DNA of 56,461 bases, taken from contig NIVC01004179.1 in NCBI GenBank assembly GCA_002269645.1, positions 1 through 56,461 on the forward strand. Reading direction: 5' to 3'. The stretch comes from Macrostomum lignano. Lineage: Eukaryota. The first letter of the stretch is position 1; each line of letters starts with the position of its first letter. Made by a program: the position numbers and the translations under genes. Below the pieces are notes generated by a model. That model ran no database searches. It saw nothing but the letters and a program-made list of their open reading frames with translations, and was not told the DNA's origin. Of the stretch, positions 13,786-26,300 are shown in pieces.

Positions 13786-14326
13786 TATTGTTGTTATTGT
13801 TGTTGCTGTTTGTTGTTATTGTTGTTGTTATTAATCTTATTGTTGTTGTTGTTGTTGCTGCTGCTGCTGTTATTGTCGTTGCTGTTGTTGTTGTTGTTGT
13901 TGCTGTTGTTGTTGTTGTTTTTGTTGTTGTTGTTGTTTTCGTTATTGTTATTGTTGTTGTTACTATTATTGTTGTTGTTGACTGCGGACCGAGCTCGAAA
14001 TAACCGGACCAGGTACCAAACCCCTACCGCTGACAGAGCCAGCGACAAAGGCTGAGCACAGAGGGCCGGACCGGGCCACATCCACCGCCCCTGAGCCAGG
14101 AGCGGTGACCGATTCCCGGCGCTCTTCGCCGCCCGAAGAACGGGCGTTGCCTCCCCCCCGCGACAAAGACGCGGCGCCGGATAGGGCCTGCTGATTACCC
14201 AGCAGGCTGGGAGTAAATCCCAGGGGGTTACTATTATTGTTGTTGTTGTTGCTACTGCTGCTGCTGTTATTGTCGTTGATGCTGTTACTGTTATTGTTTT
14301 TATTGTTATTGTTGCTGTTGTTATTA
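13786..14326. repeat. Degenerate (GTT/ATT)n microsatellite tracts surrounding a 250-bp GC-rich unique segment (13981-14230)
   Basis: Direct reading. Confidence 0.85.
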
Positions 14327-15527
14327 CACCATTTTACCTCCTATTTTGAACAAAGTCTTGTTCTAAAGAAACAAGCAGAACTTCAATTCAAACACTTTAA
14401 GAAATATCAGCGCTTGCGGAACTTCAATTCAAACAAGTTCCCTTTCTATTGAAACAGACGAACTTCAATTCAGACTGTCTGTGCCCAAAATTGTCCCCGA
14501 ATGACGCGCATGCGCAGATTTGAAATTCAAAAGAAACAAAGTCACATTCTATTACATTCTATTAAGACAAAGGGATAAAACGCAACATATCGACGAACAT
14601 AAGAGTAAAATGAAAAACAGGAACAAGACAGTGTCAGTTGGCCAACTTGAGGCACCTAACCATAAATTGCCTGTCCACCAAGGCAGAGAGGGAAGCATGT
14701 AAACACATGGTTGAACCACTCAGTGCACTTGTCCGCAGAGATGCAGCCAATGGTTCTGTCCACCATGCTGTACAGAATGTCTCGCCGATAGTCCACCATC
14801 GATTGATTCCCAGCTGTCGGAGCGATAAAATTTTGCTGTTTGGCCTTCCAGCAGGAGATTAAGTTCTCCACAGGAGTCAAAATGGTGGTAGGGTGGAAGC
14901 CGCTTGACCTGAATGGAGTCCGGAATCTCGTAGGCTGCTTTTCCGCTCTCCCTGACCTCACAATCGTGTACGCTGTTGACCTCTTGACTCCAAGTTGGCG
15001 CGCCAGTTCCACAAAGTCATCCTCACGATCAGCAGCCCTGATGATACGGTCTCTGTCACTGTTGCTTACAATAGCGTACTTCATATCTTCATCGTGATAT
15101 CTTCATCGAATTCTGGTTCAAATTCACCGATTCCACCTTCTTCCAGCAATTCATCGTCTTCTTCAATCTGATCTTCAGCATTCATATCGTTTCTTATTGC
15201 GCAACGATTGTACAGTTATGCAGTACAGGAAAAACAAAAATTAGATTAATGTACTAAAAATGTACTCGTATCTAAATGTATGTGCAAAAATATCTGTCGA
15301 AATAGAATGTGACTTTGTTTCTTTTGAATTTCAAATCCATGCATGCGCGTCATTCGGGGACAATTTTGGGCACAGACAGTCTGAATTGAAGTTCTTCTGT
15401 TTCAATAGAAAGGGACTTTGTTTGAATTGAAGTTTCGCAAGGGCTGTTATTTGTTAAAGTGTTTGAATTGAAGTTCTGCTTGTTTCTTTTGAACAAGACT
15501 TTGTTCAAAATAGGAGGTAAAATGGTG
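14327..15527 (-). mobile_element. Internally deleted IS630-Tc1-mariner DNA transposon, 1201 bp, with 227-bp TIRs and a TA target-site duplication
   Basis: TA|CACCATTTTACCTCC... at 14327 and ...GGAGGTAAAATGGTG|TA at 15527; imperfect inverted repeats at 14327-14553 and 15301-15527; a transposase remnant lies inside. Confidence 0.93.
14656..15084 (-). pseudogene. Transposase remnant: HTH fused directly to the C-terminal end of the DDE domain
   Basis: The N-terminal DFVELARQLGVKRSTAYTIVRSG is an HTH. A frameshifted QVKRLPPY(S)PF(L)TPVENLISCWK recalls the LPPYSPxLNPIE motif, followed by ISADKCTEWFNHV. The first two catalytic Asp regions are missing. Confidence 0.85.
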
Positions 15528-15967
15528 TATTGTTCTGGCGAAAGCGGTGAGAGGCTGAGAAGAGAGTCCGCCTTGCCTAGCCTGGTCAGCGGTCGTGCAG
15601 AGTCTTCATGTGGATTCGATGGATCTTCGATTCGATCGATTAAATCTTGAGGTTCGGCCAGGCCACGTGAGCAGGACAGCAGGGCTGCTGTGATGCTGTT
15701 TATTTAATATACTAACCAAACTTTCTAACTGAGTGAGAGCAACGCGAATGCGAGCTTATTCTATAATTAACTCGATTCATTTATTTTTAAGTCTGTGGTC
15801 AAACAGACTTCGGTGGCCATCAAAACACATTATAGACTCACTTTCCCGCCCTCTGTCAGTCTATTAATATCGAGAAACCCAGCTTAAGTATCCTAGTTTT
15901 CAGAGTGTACTCATATATATCTGTAATCACCAACCAAGCGAAAGAGTTTGCTTGAATTTTGTCTTCA

Positions 15968-17189
15968 ATGAAAAACGAGCGGGTGGAGAGCGGCCAATAC
16001 ATTGTGTTCCTGGTGTTGGTCGCCCTGTACGCGGCTTGGATTCTGTACATCGCATTGTCCTTTCTAAGCTGGCTGTACTGCACCAATGACTACATTGCCC
16101 AGCTGGACAGGGTTATTGAGCTGCACATCGAGTCGAGCAAGTCGCAGATATCTCTGATGATTGGCGGTCAGTTGACGCGGCTGCTGACGGATCAGCCGGC
16201 ATTAGACCCTGTGATTGGTGCAGAGATGGTCCGGCTGAGCAGCGGCTCCGACCCGAGCGAGCAGAGCAAACGGCGCGTCAGGAAACGACGAAAGGGTCCA
16301 AGTGAAAGGGTGAGTAGAGATTGGAGGCTGGGGGTTGCTCTAGAGGATTAATCCAGAGTCTTAGGTTTCTGGAGATTGATTCGAGGTGTTGCAGTGAGAA
16401 TTGAAGTTCTGAAGTTTGACTTGAGTTGCCTAGAGGGTCACCTGAGGTCTGTAGTTTGACCTGAGCTCTTGATTGTGACCTGAGGTCTGTAGTTTGACCT
16501 GGGCTCTTGATTGTGACCTGAGGTCTGTAGTTTGAACTGAGCTCTTGATTGTGACCTGAGGTCTGTAGTTTGACCTGGGCTCTTGATTGTGACCTGAGGT
16601 CTGTAGTTTGAACTGAGCTCTTGATTGTGACCTGAGGTCTGTAGTTTGACCTTAGCTCTTGATTGTGACCTGAGGTCTGTAGTTTGACCTTAGCTCTTGA
16701 TTGTGACCTGAGGTCTGGATTGTGACCTGAGGTCTGGATTGTGACTTGAAGTTTAGATTGTGACCTGAGGTCTGGATTGTGACCTGAGGTCTGGATTGTG
16801 ACCTGGGGTCTGGATTGTGACCTGAGGTCTAGATTGTGACCTGAGTTCCGGATTGTGACTTTGAGAGTGATAGAATCTGGAGGAAGAGTTGCAGTGGAGA
16901 TTCGAAGACCGGGTGAGGTTCGTTGTTACAAGACTTCGTGCTTCAGTGTAACAGAACCACCGTGTCGCGGTCCGCCTCCTTGCAGACGGCGGCGTCAACC
17001 GTGGGAGACGAGCAGCAGCTGCAGCAGCCCCTCCCAAGGCCGAGCAGCGCCTCTTTTCGGCAGAAAATGCAGCAAATCGAAATGGAAAGAATCAGCAACC
17101 TGTTCGACCTGAGCCAGCCGGTTGGCTCGCTGGATGACAGCTGCTTGAAGGCGACGGTCGCCCAAGAGAGCGAAAAAGCACCACCACCA

Positions 17190-17221
<32 letters not shown>

Positions 17222-17417
17222 GCCACCACCACCGCCACCGCCACCGCCACCACCACCGCCGCCACCGCCGCCTCCAGCACCAACCAGCTCGTCACCCTTT
17301 GATGCAGGAGTTGAAGCTGAACTCGATGACGAAGACGATAAGGAGGACGACAGAGGTCAGACGCGGACGCAAAGACTGCTGTCTAGCAGTGAGTCGAACG
17401 CTGGCGACAAGGCATAG
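15968..17417 (+). CDS. Orphan two-exon gene (15968-16309 + 16947-17417, ~270 aa): N-terminal TM segment, basic patch, 32-Pro run, acidic tail
   Basis: ATG at 15968 is preceded by an in-frame stop; donor GAAAGG|GTGAGT and acceptor CTTCAG|TGTAAC are both phase 0; hydrophobic YIVFLVLVALYAAWILYIALSFLSWLYC. It could be the end of a longer gene. Confidence 0.6.
16440..16860. repeat. Intronic array of 38-bp dimers followed by 19-bp monomers (CCTGAGGTCTGGATTGTGA)
   Basis: Direct reading; the 38-mer is CCTGAGGTCTGTAGTTTGA + CCTGAGCTCTTGATTGTGA. Confidence 0.93.
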
Positions 17418-17969
17418 CGGAACAGAAACCACCGTTTACGCTTTTTCATCTAATAACAGTATGGTAGTTTGTACTTTTGCCACGTTTTTTACTATTGTAT
17501 CATACGCGCGAAAATATTATAATGATTGAAGTTATTGATTATGATAATTAGATAACTGATCAATGCACTATAATGCGTTTGTGTACATTCAGATTCAGAT
17601 TACATGATTATGAAATTAGCTCGTAAATACATTGTAGGAAGCGTTGCGTACTTAGTGGCAGAAGTTGAAAACAATCGAAATTAAAGGAAATCTGGCTGAA
17701 GCAACTTCTGTCAGGGAGCATCGTCGCTTTAACCTGAACATGTGTCACACTTAGCTGATAGGATATTCCAGCTTCAAATAGGGATCTACGAGTACAAATC
17801 GAATGTCAGCTTATCAAAGGAAGTTCAGACAAGTCTATACAGTCATACAAAAGTGTGACTCGTTTAGGTTAAGAACCGGTCCGTCGCACCATGCGGACGT
17901 CCAACTCGTCACACGGATTGCGACAGTTAATTTACACGGTGGACACTCGTACTTTGAACGCAGGGCATG

Positions 17970-18380
17970 TCAAGCAGACTCCGCATAATCCGCACGCGCT
18001 TCATCGATTCCTTTGCGCGCAATTTCGTCCACCTCCAGTAGTTGATGCTGACGTCCAACAGCCAGGCTGAGCAGTGTGCGCTTTGGCGGCTTCGATGCGA
18101 CTGGTTGTTGAGGTGGCGTCTTCGGCTGCGGCGGCGGCGTAGTCGGGGGCGGAGGTTGCGGCGGCTGCGGCTCCCGATGATTCAGCAGCACAGGAGCGGA
18201 GGCGTGGCGCTGAAAACTGGGTTGCAGTCGCAGGTGCCGTAGCTCGGTGGGAAAACTGGACCGGACAGCAGCGCGTCTCCGGATCCGTCAGCGAGTCCCA
18301 CTCTCCAGACAGACATCCGCGTCTTAGTTCGGATGACAGAACAGCAGAACAGTTAAAAGTATCGAGAAAATTGCCCTAAT
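17970..18380 (-). CDS. GC-rich coding-like segment, frame unresolved (possible terminal exon of a minus-strand gene)
   Basis: Two overlapping minus frames stay open (RHASAPVLLNHREPQPPQPPPP...DYAESA* after a TTTTCAG acceptor, and an Ala-rich frame). No recognisable domain. Confidence 0.25.
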
Positions 18381-18989
18381 CCATGATAATGTTTATACGG
18401 CGCATGTGAATTCACTGTTGGTCAGACCTGCTGACAACTGCGATGCGGATTAGCTAGGTGCGCCAAAGTTTCAGTTTGTTTCTGTAGCTCGCGCTCCCCC
18501 TCCCTACTTCTCTCTTTGAGTGCGCCAGCTTTGCTCCAACTAAGAGCAGAGTTCCAATGTTTAACAGCTGTTGCCCGCACTACTGCGCAGGGTTTAGGCA
18601 TTGAATCGGTGTGTGGGGACAGTGAGCTCACGACAGTTGTGCACACAAAAGGGCCCAGTTGCGTTGCGGATTCAAGTACGCCACGTGCGACAGAGTTAGA
18701 AGCGATTGCAATTTTTCGACACCCTTGCACTCGTAGGCATTTGCAGTTCAGCTGACGCACAGTGTGGCTCATGGCAGGCACCCTCCATATTTAGACTTGG
18801 TTGACTTTTACTCCCTTAGTAGCTGACAGTACGTTCCAATGCTACCATTTAATATAAATAATGTCAATGGAATCCAGACAGTTCACATACCAGTTAAGAG
18901 GCCTTAAGCTCCTTTCCAATTTTTTAATAATTGGAAGAGAGGGGTACTAGCTACATGTATCTACATGTATGGGATTCTTTCTATCCAGG

Positions 18990-19545
18990 AATGCTTGCTA
19001 TTTAGGGATGCCTGCTATCTGCAGGATACTTGCTATCCGGGGGATGCTTGCTATCTGGGGGGATGCTTGCTGTCTGGGGGGATGCTTGCTGTCTGGGGGG
19101 ATGCTTGCTGTCTGGGGGGATGCTTGCTGTCTGGGGGGATGCTTGCTGTCTGGGGGGATGCTTGCTGTCTGGGGGGATGCTTGCTGTCTGGGGGGATGCT
19201 TGCTGTCTGGGGGGATACTTGCTGTCTGGTGGGATGCTTGCTATCTGGGGGGGGGGGTGCTTGCTATCTGCAGGATGCTTGCTATCTGCAGGATGCTTGC
19301 TATCTGCAGGATGCTTGCTATCTGCAGGATGCTTGCTATCTGCAGGATGCTTGCTATCTGCAGGATGCTTGCTATCTGCAGGATGCTTGCTATCTGCAGG
19401 ATGCTTGCTATCTGCAGGATGCTTGCTATCTGCAGGATGCTTGCTATCTGCAGGATGCTTGCTATCTGCAGGATGCTTGCTATCTGCAGGATGCTTGCTA
19501 TCTGGGGGGTGCTTGCTTTCTGGGTGGATTCTTGCTGTCTTGGGG
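18990..19545. repeat. Minisatellite: 19-bp units (GGGGGATGCTTGCTGTCTG) switching to 18-bp units (CAGGATGCTTGCTATCTG)
   Basis: Direct reading. The YLQDAC/MLAICR ORFs are artefacts. Confidence 0.96.
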
Positions 19546-20328
19546 ATGTTTTCTATTTAGGAAGATGTCTATTATCTTTTTGAAAGCTTTATTTCGTTGT
19601 CTTTTTGTTACTTTTGGAAAAAAGAGATTCATAGCAAACATCTTTGTCCATGATACATTTACTCGAATAAGGTGATTTATAAACAGAAGAAGGAATTGGT
19701 TCTTAACAAAATGTGCTTTGGATGGATTTGCATGAACTATTTTTGCTCCTTGCTTATTGTTGGGCGCCCCGAAGGGGACACTAGATTGATAGTTTTAATA
19801 ACTCCAAATGTTATTGGAAGCTTTATTAAGAGGATTTTCGGACAGATCAAAAGTACTTTTAGATCAAAATGTGTCAATCTTTTGTTGATCATTCGAGAAG
19901 TCTCATAGAGAAAACTGTAACTCTTTATAATGCTGTCAGCACACGTACAAGCAACCAACATACTTAAAGTATCAGTCTGTATAAAATTTATTTTTTCTAA
20001 TTTGTAACAAGAATGAGCAACTCCATTACCCGCAGTGCAAGGACGATTGAATAAGGAATGCAGATGTGCCATCCACTTAAATCAATTTTTGAGTATTTTT
20101 TTTAAAGTATCATTGACTCTCGTTGGTTATGTCAATGTCAATGTAATAACAATGTAATAACCCATTGACATTTCACCATTGACAATTGACCTGCATTTCT
20201 TACAATTACTACACCTGGCACTGCGGTTATCTAAACAGACATTGAGTAAACTATTAACTACTAATTTGATTTAAAAAATCGCGGCAAAACATTCAACAAA
20301 TCGTTAGTTTTTCATGAAATTGTTTCAC

Positions 20329-23300
20329 TCATTCACGCCTCTCCTCGCGCTTCCGGCGTTCCAGTTCCGCCCAGGCAGCGGCGATGCGCGCTGGGTGAAC
20401 AATTGGCTGCTGCCGCTGTTCGTCGTCCTGATTGATCAGGATCCCCATCAGTTCGTCCGAGTCTCGGAAAAACACTGCCTTCCGTTGCGCGATCCCTGGT
20501 GGAGCTAATGTAATGGGGTAACATTGAGTTTCGATGGGAATACACTTTCTGTTGACCCATCCTGCTTCAAGTTAATGCAAGTTTTTAATTATTAAACTAT
20601 TATTAGAAAAAATATTTCTGCAAAGTTTCTTGGACAAAAACGGAAGAATTTCTCACCATTGTTCATGCTCATAAAAAGAGCAAACTTTGCCACCCAGTAC
20701 TCCAGTGATGCAAGTCTCAATCTATCTTTCATTGGAAGCTGTTGAGCTTCAGTTGGCTGCTTCATCAGTAAGAGAACAATAGGATCCACCCAAAAGATGA
20801 TGGTCTCAATACAGTCTTCCATTTGCACTGAAATTTTCATTTTTAAGTTCCATTTTAACCATCAGACTAAGGTTTTTGTGAAACTCATGCAAACATCCAT
20901 TGACGAGAGACTTACCGCTCTCTCCTTCCTCGCTACCGGCGATGTAGTCGAAGTGCACGGACAGGTACTCATCACGCGGTGCTTGCTCACCTTCCGGCTC
21001 GTCCACGGCATATCGTTTCCGCTTCACTTTGGCGCAGTCTTCACACGGCAAAAGTGGCAGCTCCTGAGATGCTGTGGCAGCCGGATGCTGCGCTGGCTCT
21101 TCTTGTGCGGCCGCCTCCGCCAGCTCGTGAGGGTCTCGGGCGTCAAAGACTTGCCTCATTGCTGCAGGTAGTCCTCCGAGCCCCTCCAGACTCATGGAGC
21201 GCGACAGCCCATACTGGCTGACACTGAGTCCAGACGGGCCAACGCCAAACGCCCAACAGCGAGCTCTACGGGCTGTCGCCTTGGCCTCGAAACTTGCCAC
21301 GGCAGATGGAGAGAAGCTGCCGAGCCCGGCGTCAGTGAAGACAAGCACGTGCCGCTGGCCCGAAGGGTCTCGCAGCAGCAGCTGCAGCAGAGCCGTTAGC
21401 GCAGGCCCATCCGCACTTGCCGCCTGATTCGGATCAGGGGCCTCGCAGTTTGTCACCGAGCCAAGCAGTCGCGCCTTGTCTGCTGGGCTCCAGCCGACGC
21501 CAGCCGTCTTTACGACACTTACTGACTGCGAGAACGTCACGCAGCATGTGGAGACATGCTGGTGGTCCAGAGCCTCTGCTAGCGATACCAGGCTGTGTAG
21601 CAGCATTGGACGCGACGATACAGTGCTAGATGTGAGGGAGACAGCTATGCCTACAGCAATCCTGCGCTCTGTGACTCTGTGCCTTTGTAGCCAGATTTTG
21701 TTGCTAGTGCCATTTGTCATGAACCAGTTCATCAGGCCCCTGATGCTCAGCTTCTTGCCTCTGTTTGCCAGATGGTATCGCATCCGCGAGTGCTGGTTGG
21801 AAACTTGAATACTGCTAATAATCCGGTTGGTGCATGGATCCACTTTCGCCGCTAATTTCTTCCACATTTCATCCGCTGCATGGATTCCGGTGACATCGCT
21901 GAGTTCAGTTAGGTATCGCCGCATTTCGGGCATACTCAGGTTCGCTACTTCACCGGACAGATTTTCGTATTCGTGATATTGCGTCGTTATCTGTTCTTTG
22001 TTTAGCCCAAGGTCGTAGCCTTTATTTTCGCACTCGAGCCACTCTTCCAAAACAACCTGCCGGGGCTCGGGCACGAACTGACCGCATGGGTCTGGCTGGC
22101 TTTGCTCTACTTGGGCATTAGCAGCATTGGTAATAAAGGAAAGTTCTTCAGTCTCGGGGGCAGCAACGAAAGGGTTTTCTGGTCCGCTCCTTTCAATTCT
22201 TCCGTATTTCAGACACCAGTCCTCTTCAATCCACAAGGCGGAGTAAATTTCACCCGAAAACTGTTGCAGAGAATCCTGGAACAGCTGGGAGCCAAAGCCT
22301 CTGTGCTGATCCGTGATTAAAATCACCCACTGGCAGTCCAATATTTTCGAATCAGTTGCTAGGAGTTCGTCTGAATGACAATGCAGTTTGTGAAACACCT
22401 TGCGACAGGTGTGCGGCATCCAGGGGGTGTTAAAGTCTTTGATCGTTGCCGGTACGTTTGCCAGGGACATGAAGCCTTCGTTGCTGATTTGAACGCTTTT
22501 GTCCCCAGTGAGAACGATTTGAACTTTGCAGTTGTGCATTTCGGAATGTCTTACAACTCTGAACACAGCACGAGTGAGTTCATTTTCTTTTCGGCCATTG
22601 TTTTGCTTTTTCCACAGGGAACATTTTGTATCGATTAAAATGGTACCCCTCGTTTCCTTTTTAAGATTTGCATCTTTATGAACTCTTGTTTCCTTACTAA
22701 CGGTGCTGAAGGAAGTCAAATGCTGGACTTGAAACCAATTCGAGGGATCCGCTGTGAAGATAGAAGATTCCTGAGGTGGACGCTGGGCTGGTCTTCTGTA
22801 AGAGCGTCGCGAGTGAATTGGAACGTGTGGGTGAGAGATCTCCACAAAAGTACCTGCTGTACTGGCTTCGTTATCTGAGTCGTCTATTCCAGCACTGAAC
22901 TCTTGCATCCCAACCTCCGGCTCCGCGTCAACGTTCGATCGCGGACTAAACTTCATAACCCGACCGGTTGCTATTTCTGTCGATATATCTCCGCCAACAG
23001 CACCTTCCACTATGCTGGCATCTGACAGATGACCAAGGTGGCCGCTTAATGGATCTGCTATCAGCTGCATCGCTTTCTTCAAAATTGGTTGCTGTCGTAG
23101 AGGCAGCACTGGGTCCTTCTGCAGCTGATGCTGGGTTTCCTTCTTTTTCTATCTTTTGTGCATGCTCTGACATGAAAGTAGAATCTGGCTTGCCCTCAGC
23201 CGTTTCTTCCGGGAACGAATCAGTCGGTATTGTCGCTTCTAGAGCTGCACCAATAGCTTCTGAATTGGCTGTTTCTTCCTGTGCAGAGGCTCCTTTACTC

Positions 23301-26300
23301 GCTTCTGTTGGTTTTGTTTCTTCAGTTGATTCTTCATCAGGTTCTGTCACAGCTTCAGATTCTTCTGCACTCGGAGGTTTCATTTCGCTTTGATCTGTTT
23401 CCCTGCTTTCTTTTCTTTTTTCATCATTGATATCGCTCGTTTGGTTTGTATCACTCGGTGACTTATTTTCGGTATTCTGACCAGCTTGCTTTTCTTTTTC
23501 TATCGGTTCCGAATCGTTTGGTGCGAAATTTCCGTCTTCAGTCTGTAGCTGGTCAGTTTCTGATTCTTCTTGCGAATCTTTTTCGGATTCCACATCGCGA
23601 GAGGTTTCGTTCTTGTTCGTTTTCTCAGAATACGACCCCACTTCTCCTTTCTGTTCTGTTTGCTCGGAACGGGATTCTGCTGCCCCGGCTTCTTCTACTG
23701 GCTGACTCTGTTCGTCACTAGTTTCCAATGGATCACGATTTTGACTGGATTCAACAGATGAAGGGTCACTGTCCTTATGCTCTAAGAGCTCCTCCGCAGA
23801 AGACTCATCCTTGGGTGCCGTCCCGCCAGACTCGCTTCTTTCAGTCCCCGAGCCCGAAGGATCCGCAGACTCTGTCTGGCCAGACCCGCTCTCATTGGTT
23901 CCTGAGCCGGAAGGATCTGTAGACTCTGTCTGTCCAGACCCGCTCTCATTGGTTCCCGAGCCCAGAGGATCTGCAGACTCTGTCTGGCCAGACCCGCTCT
24001 CATTGGTTCCTGAGCCGGAAGGATCTGTAGACTCTGTCTGTCCAGACCCGCTCTTATTGGTTCCCGAGCCCAGAGGATCTGCAGACTCTGTCTGGCCAGA
24101 CCCATAGCCACCAGTCGAGGAGTCTTTTGCCTCCGACTGGCCCATGATTTGCTCGTCGGTCCCCATTGAAGGCGGAGGACTTTCAGTCAGACCGCTCTTC
24201 TCTGCATCAGCAATGGCCTCCTTGGCATTCTGAACTTTGTCCATCCACTTTTTGATTTCTTCTCCTCGCGGTCCAGCCAGGTCACTTTCAGTGGGCTGAG
24301 GATCTGAGCCTCCGCCTTCATCCAGCGAAAATCTATCAGCGTAGCTGTTAGCGATCGCCGACTTTAGCTCCTTTCTTAAATCCTCTTCCTTCGTAGTGGA
24401 GCTGAGAGCAAATCTGAATGCGCCGCTTGCATCTTTGTTGTTGATATTTGCACTATAGGACACAACTGTAGCTGCTTCTGTCCCATCCTCTTTTCCTCCA
24501 GAAATCACCAGTTTTTTCATCGGATTTTCTCACGACTGTCCAGCTCGGTCTCGTTCTCGATTTCCTTCTCGTAGGCATCAATGCCGCAAATTGCCGACTG
24601 AACAAAATCCACCCCTTTTATAATCGCGTGTGTTGCGGCACGAGCAAGCTGCAGAAGTACCTGGCAAAATTGGTAAAAAAGCCACTTGATTCCCGAGTTT
24701 GATTCGACCTTTTCCCTCATATTCCTGATGCTGTCATCCAGCTTTTGCTCCAATTTCTTGAGAAGTTTTCGAACGCTACTGATTATTTCTTTGATTAATT
24801 TCTTTATACTGAACGTGCTGTTCAGTCGGATGTCCCAGTCAAGAAATCTCCGCTGGTTCTCTCGTTCACCAAAGTTTAGCATTACTTCGACGGAAATAAT
24901 TTTGAAGAAAGTGACCTTAAACCGCGCGTAGAAGCACTTTTTGGCGGTGTCTGTCTCTATCTTGGCAGCTACTTCGATAATAAAAAATATGCTCACTTTG
25001 ACGTCCATCAGGAATTTTAGTCCTGTTGCTTTGCTCACAATCAAGTGCAGCTTTGGCCCCGCCTTGCCGTCGGTGCTGCTCACCTCAAGCAGGTCAAGCA
25101 GCTTTAAGGGCTCTACGAGCTCACCTCCGAACTCAATCTTCTTATCTACGCCATGAAAGGTAAAGCCTCCCCATAGGTTAGCGTTCACTCCGAGCCAGTT
25201 GATGGCCGCATCGAATTTGACGCACGGTCCAATCTCATATCTTTCCGTTAAGCCTTCCGGGTTGCCTCCGCCTACGTCTTCCGGTGTTCTGACAGCAGCT
25301 TTTTCAGTCATTTGCAGCTGACAGACGGGAAATTTTATTGACTCCATATTTTCATCGACGGCAAGATAGAGAAAAAACAAATGGTTGAATCCCGGCAGCA
25401 AGAAGTCAACGGTGTTCGTCAAGACTTCATCAACGCCAAGAAGCTTGAAAAGATTGGAAAACCGCAGGGTCTTCTTCTCGTCCTTTTGAAATCGGAAGTA
25501 AGCCCCTACAGGAACGACACGAGTAGGTTTAACCAAATCTTTTTTTCTTGTCATGAATCTAATGCGAAACTCAATGTCGCTCTCGAACAACTTCATGGCA
25601 GCTGCTACTTCAAAGCTTAATGCGTCTGACGGAACGGAAATGGAGAGCTGCATCGAAGCGGAGATCAGTGTTAAAAACTTTAGACCAAAGGGCGTTGGCC
25701 AGGCCAAGTCATTTTCACCGGTTATTTTCAAAGTACCTGAAATTTCTCGCTTTTTGCCACTGCTTTCGATGCTAAGCCTGCCTGAAAACTCAGCTTTGTG
25801 TTTGGCGTTTCCTAAGAATTCGGTGGGAAGATTTATATTCATCTTGGCGTCCAAGAAAAGCTTGATTATTCCTTGAGTCTTCTTTAATAACTTGCCATCT
25901 GCATCAGTCTGCTTTGATGCCTCTTCAGCTGCTTTAATGTGCACGAGTCCCAAGGAGAAGCAGAGCGACACGCAACCAAACAGTTCCACCGAGCCGCACT
26001 CGATGTCCAAACTAAAGCCGCTGCTCACAACGCTAAGACAGCCAGAAAAAGTTTTTCCCGTCAAGCTTAGAAAGTCGTACAGCCAATTCTGTGACATGGT
26101 CGCCTTGAATGACAAGACTGCATATGGTGTTTGTTTAGTTTTCTTCACGCATTCAGTCACGAAAGTTGAATCGTAGTTCATTATTTGCTTCATTTTATCA
26201 GATGCCTCGCTCAGCCTTTCACTGCAAATCTGTTCATTCGCTTTTTTAGAGCGCAGAAGCAGCACGAGCTGTAAGTTGTTGAACACTGGGATAAGCTCGA

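Noticed and set aside
19828-19866. LRR-like LKVL-DLSENPL on the minus strand
   Set aside because: It needs a frameshift, is a single motif, and the surrounding frames are full of stops.
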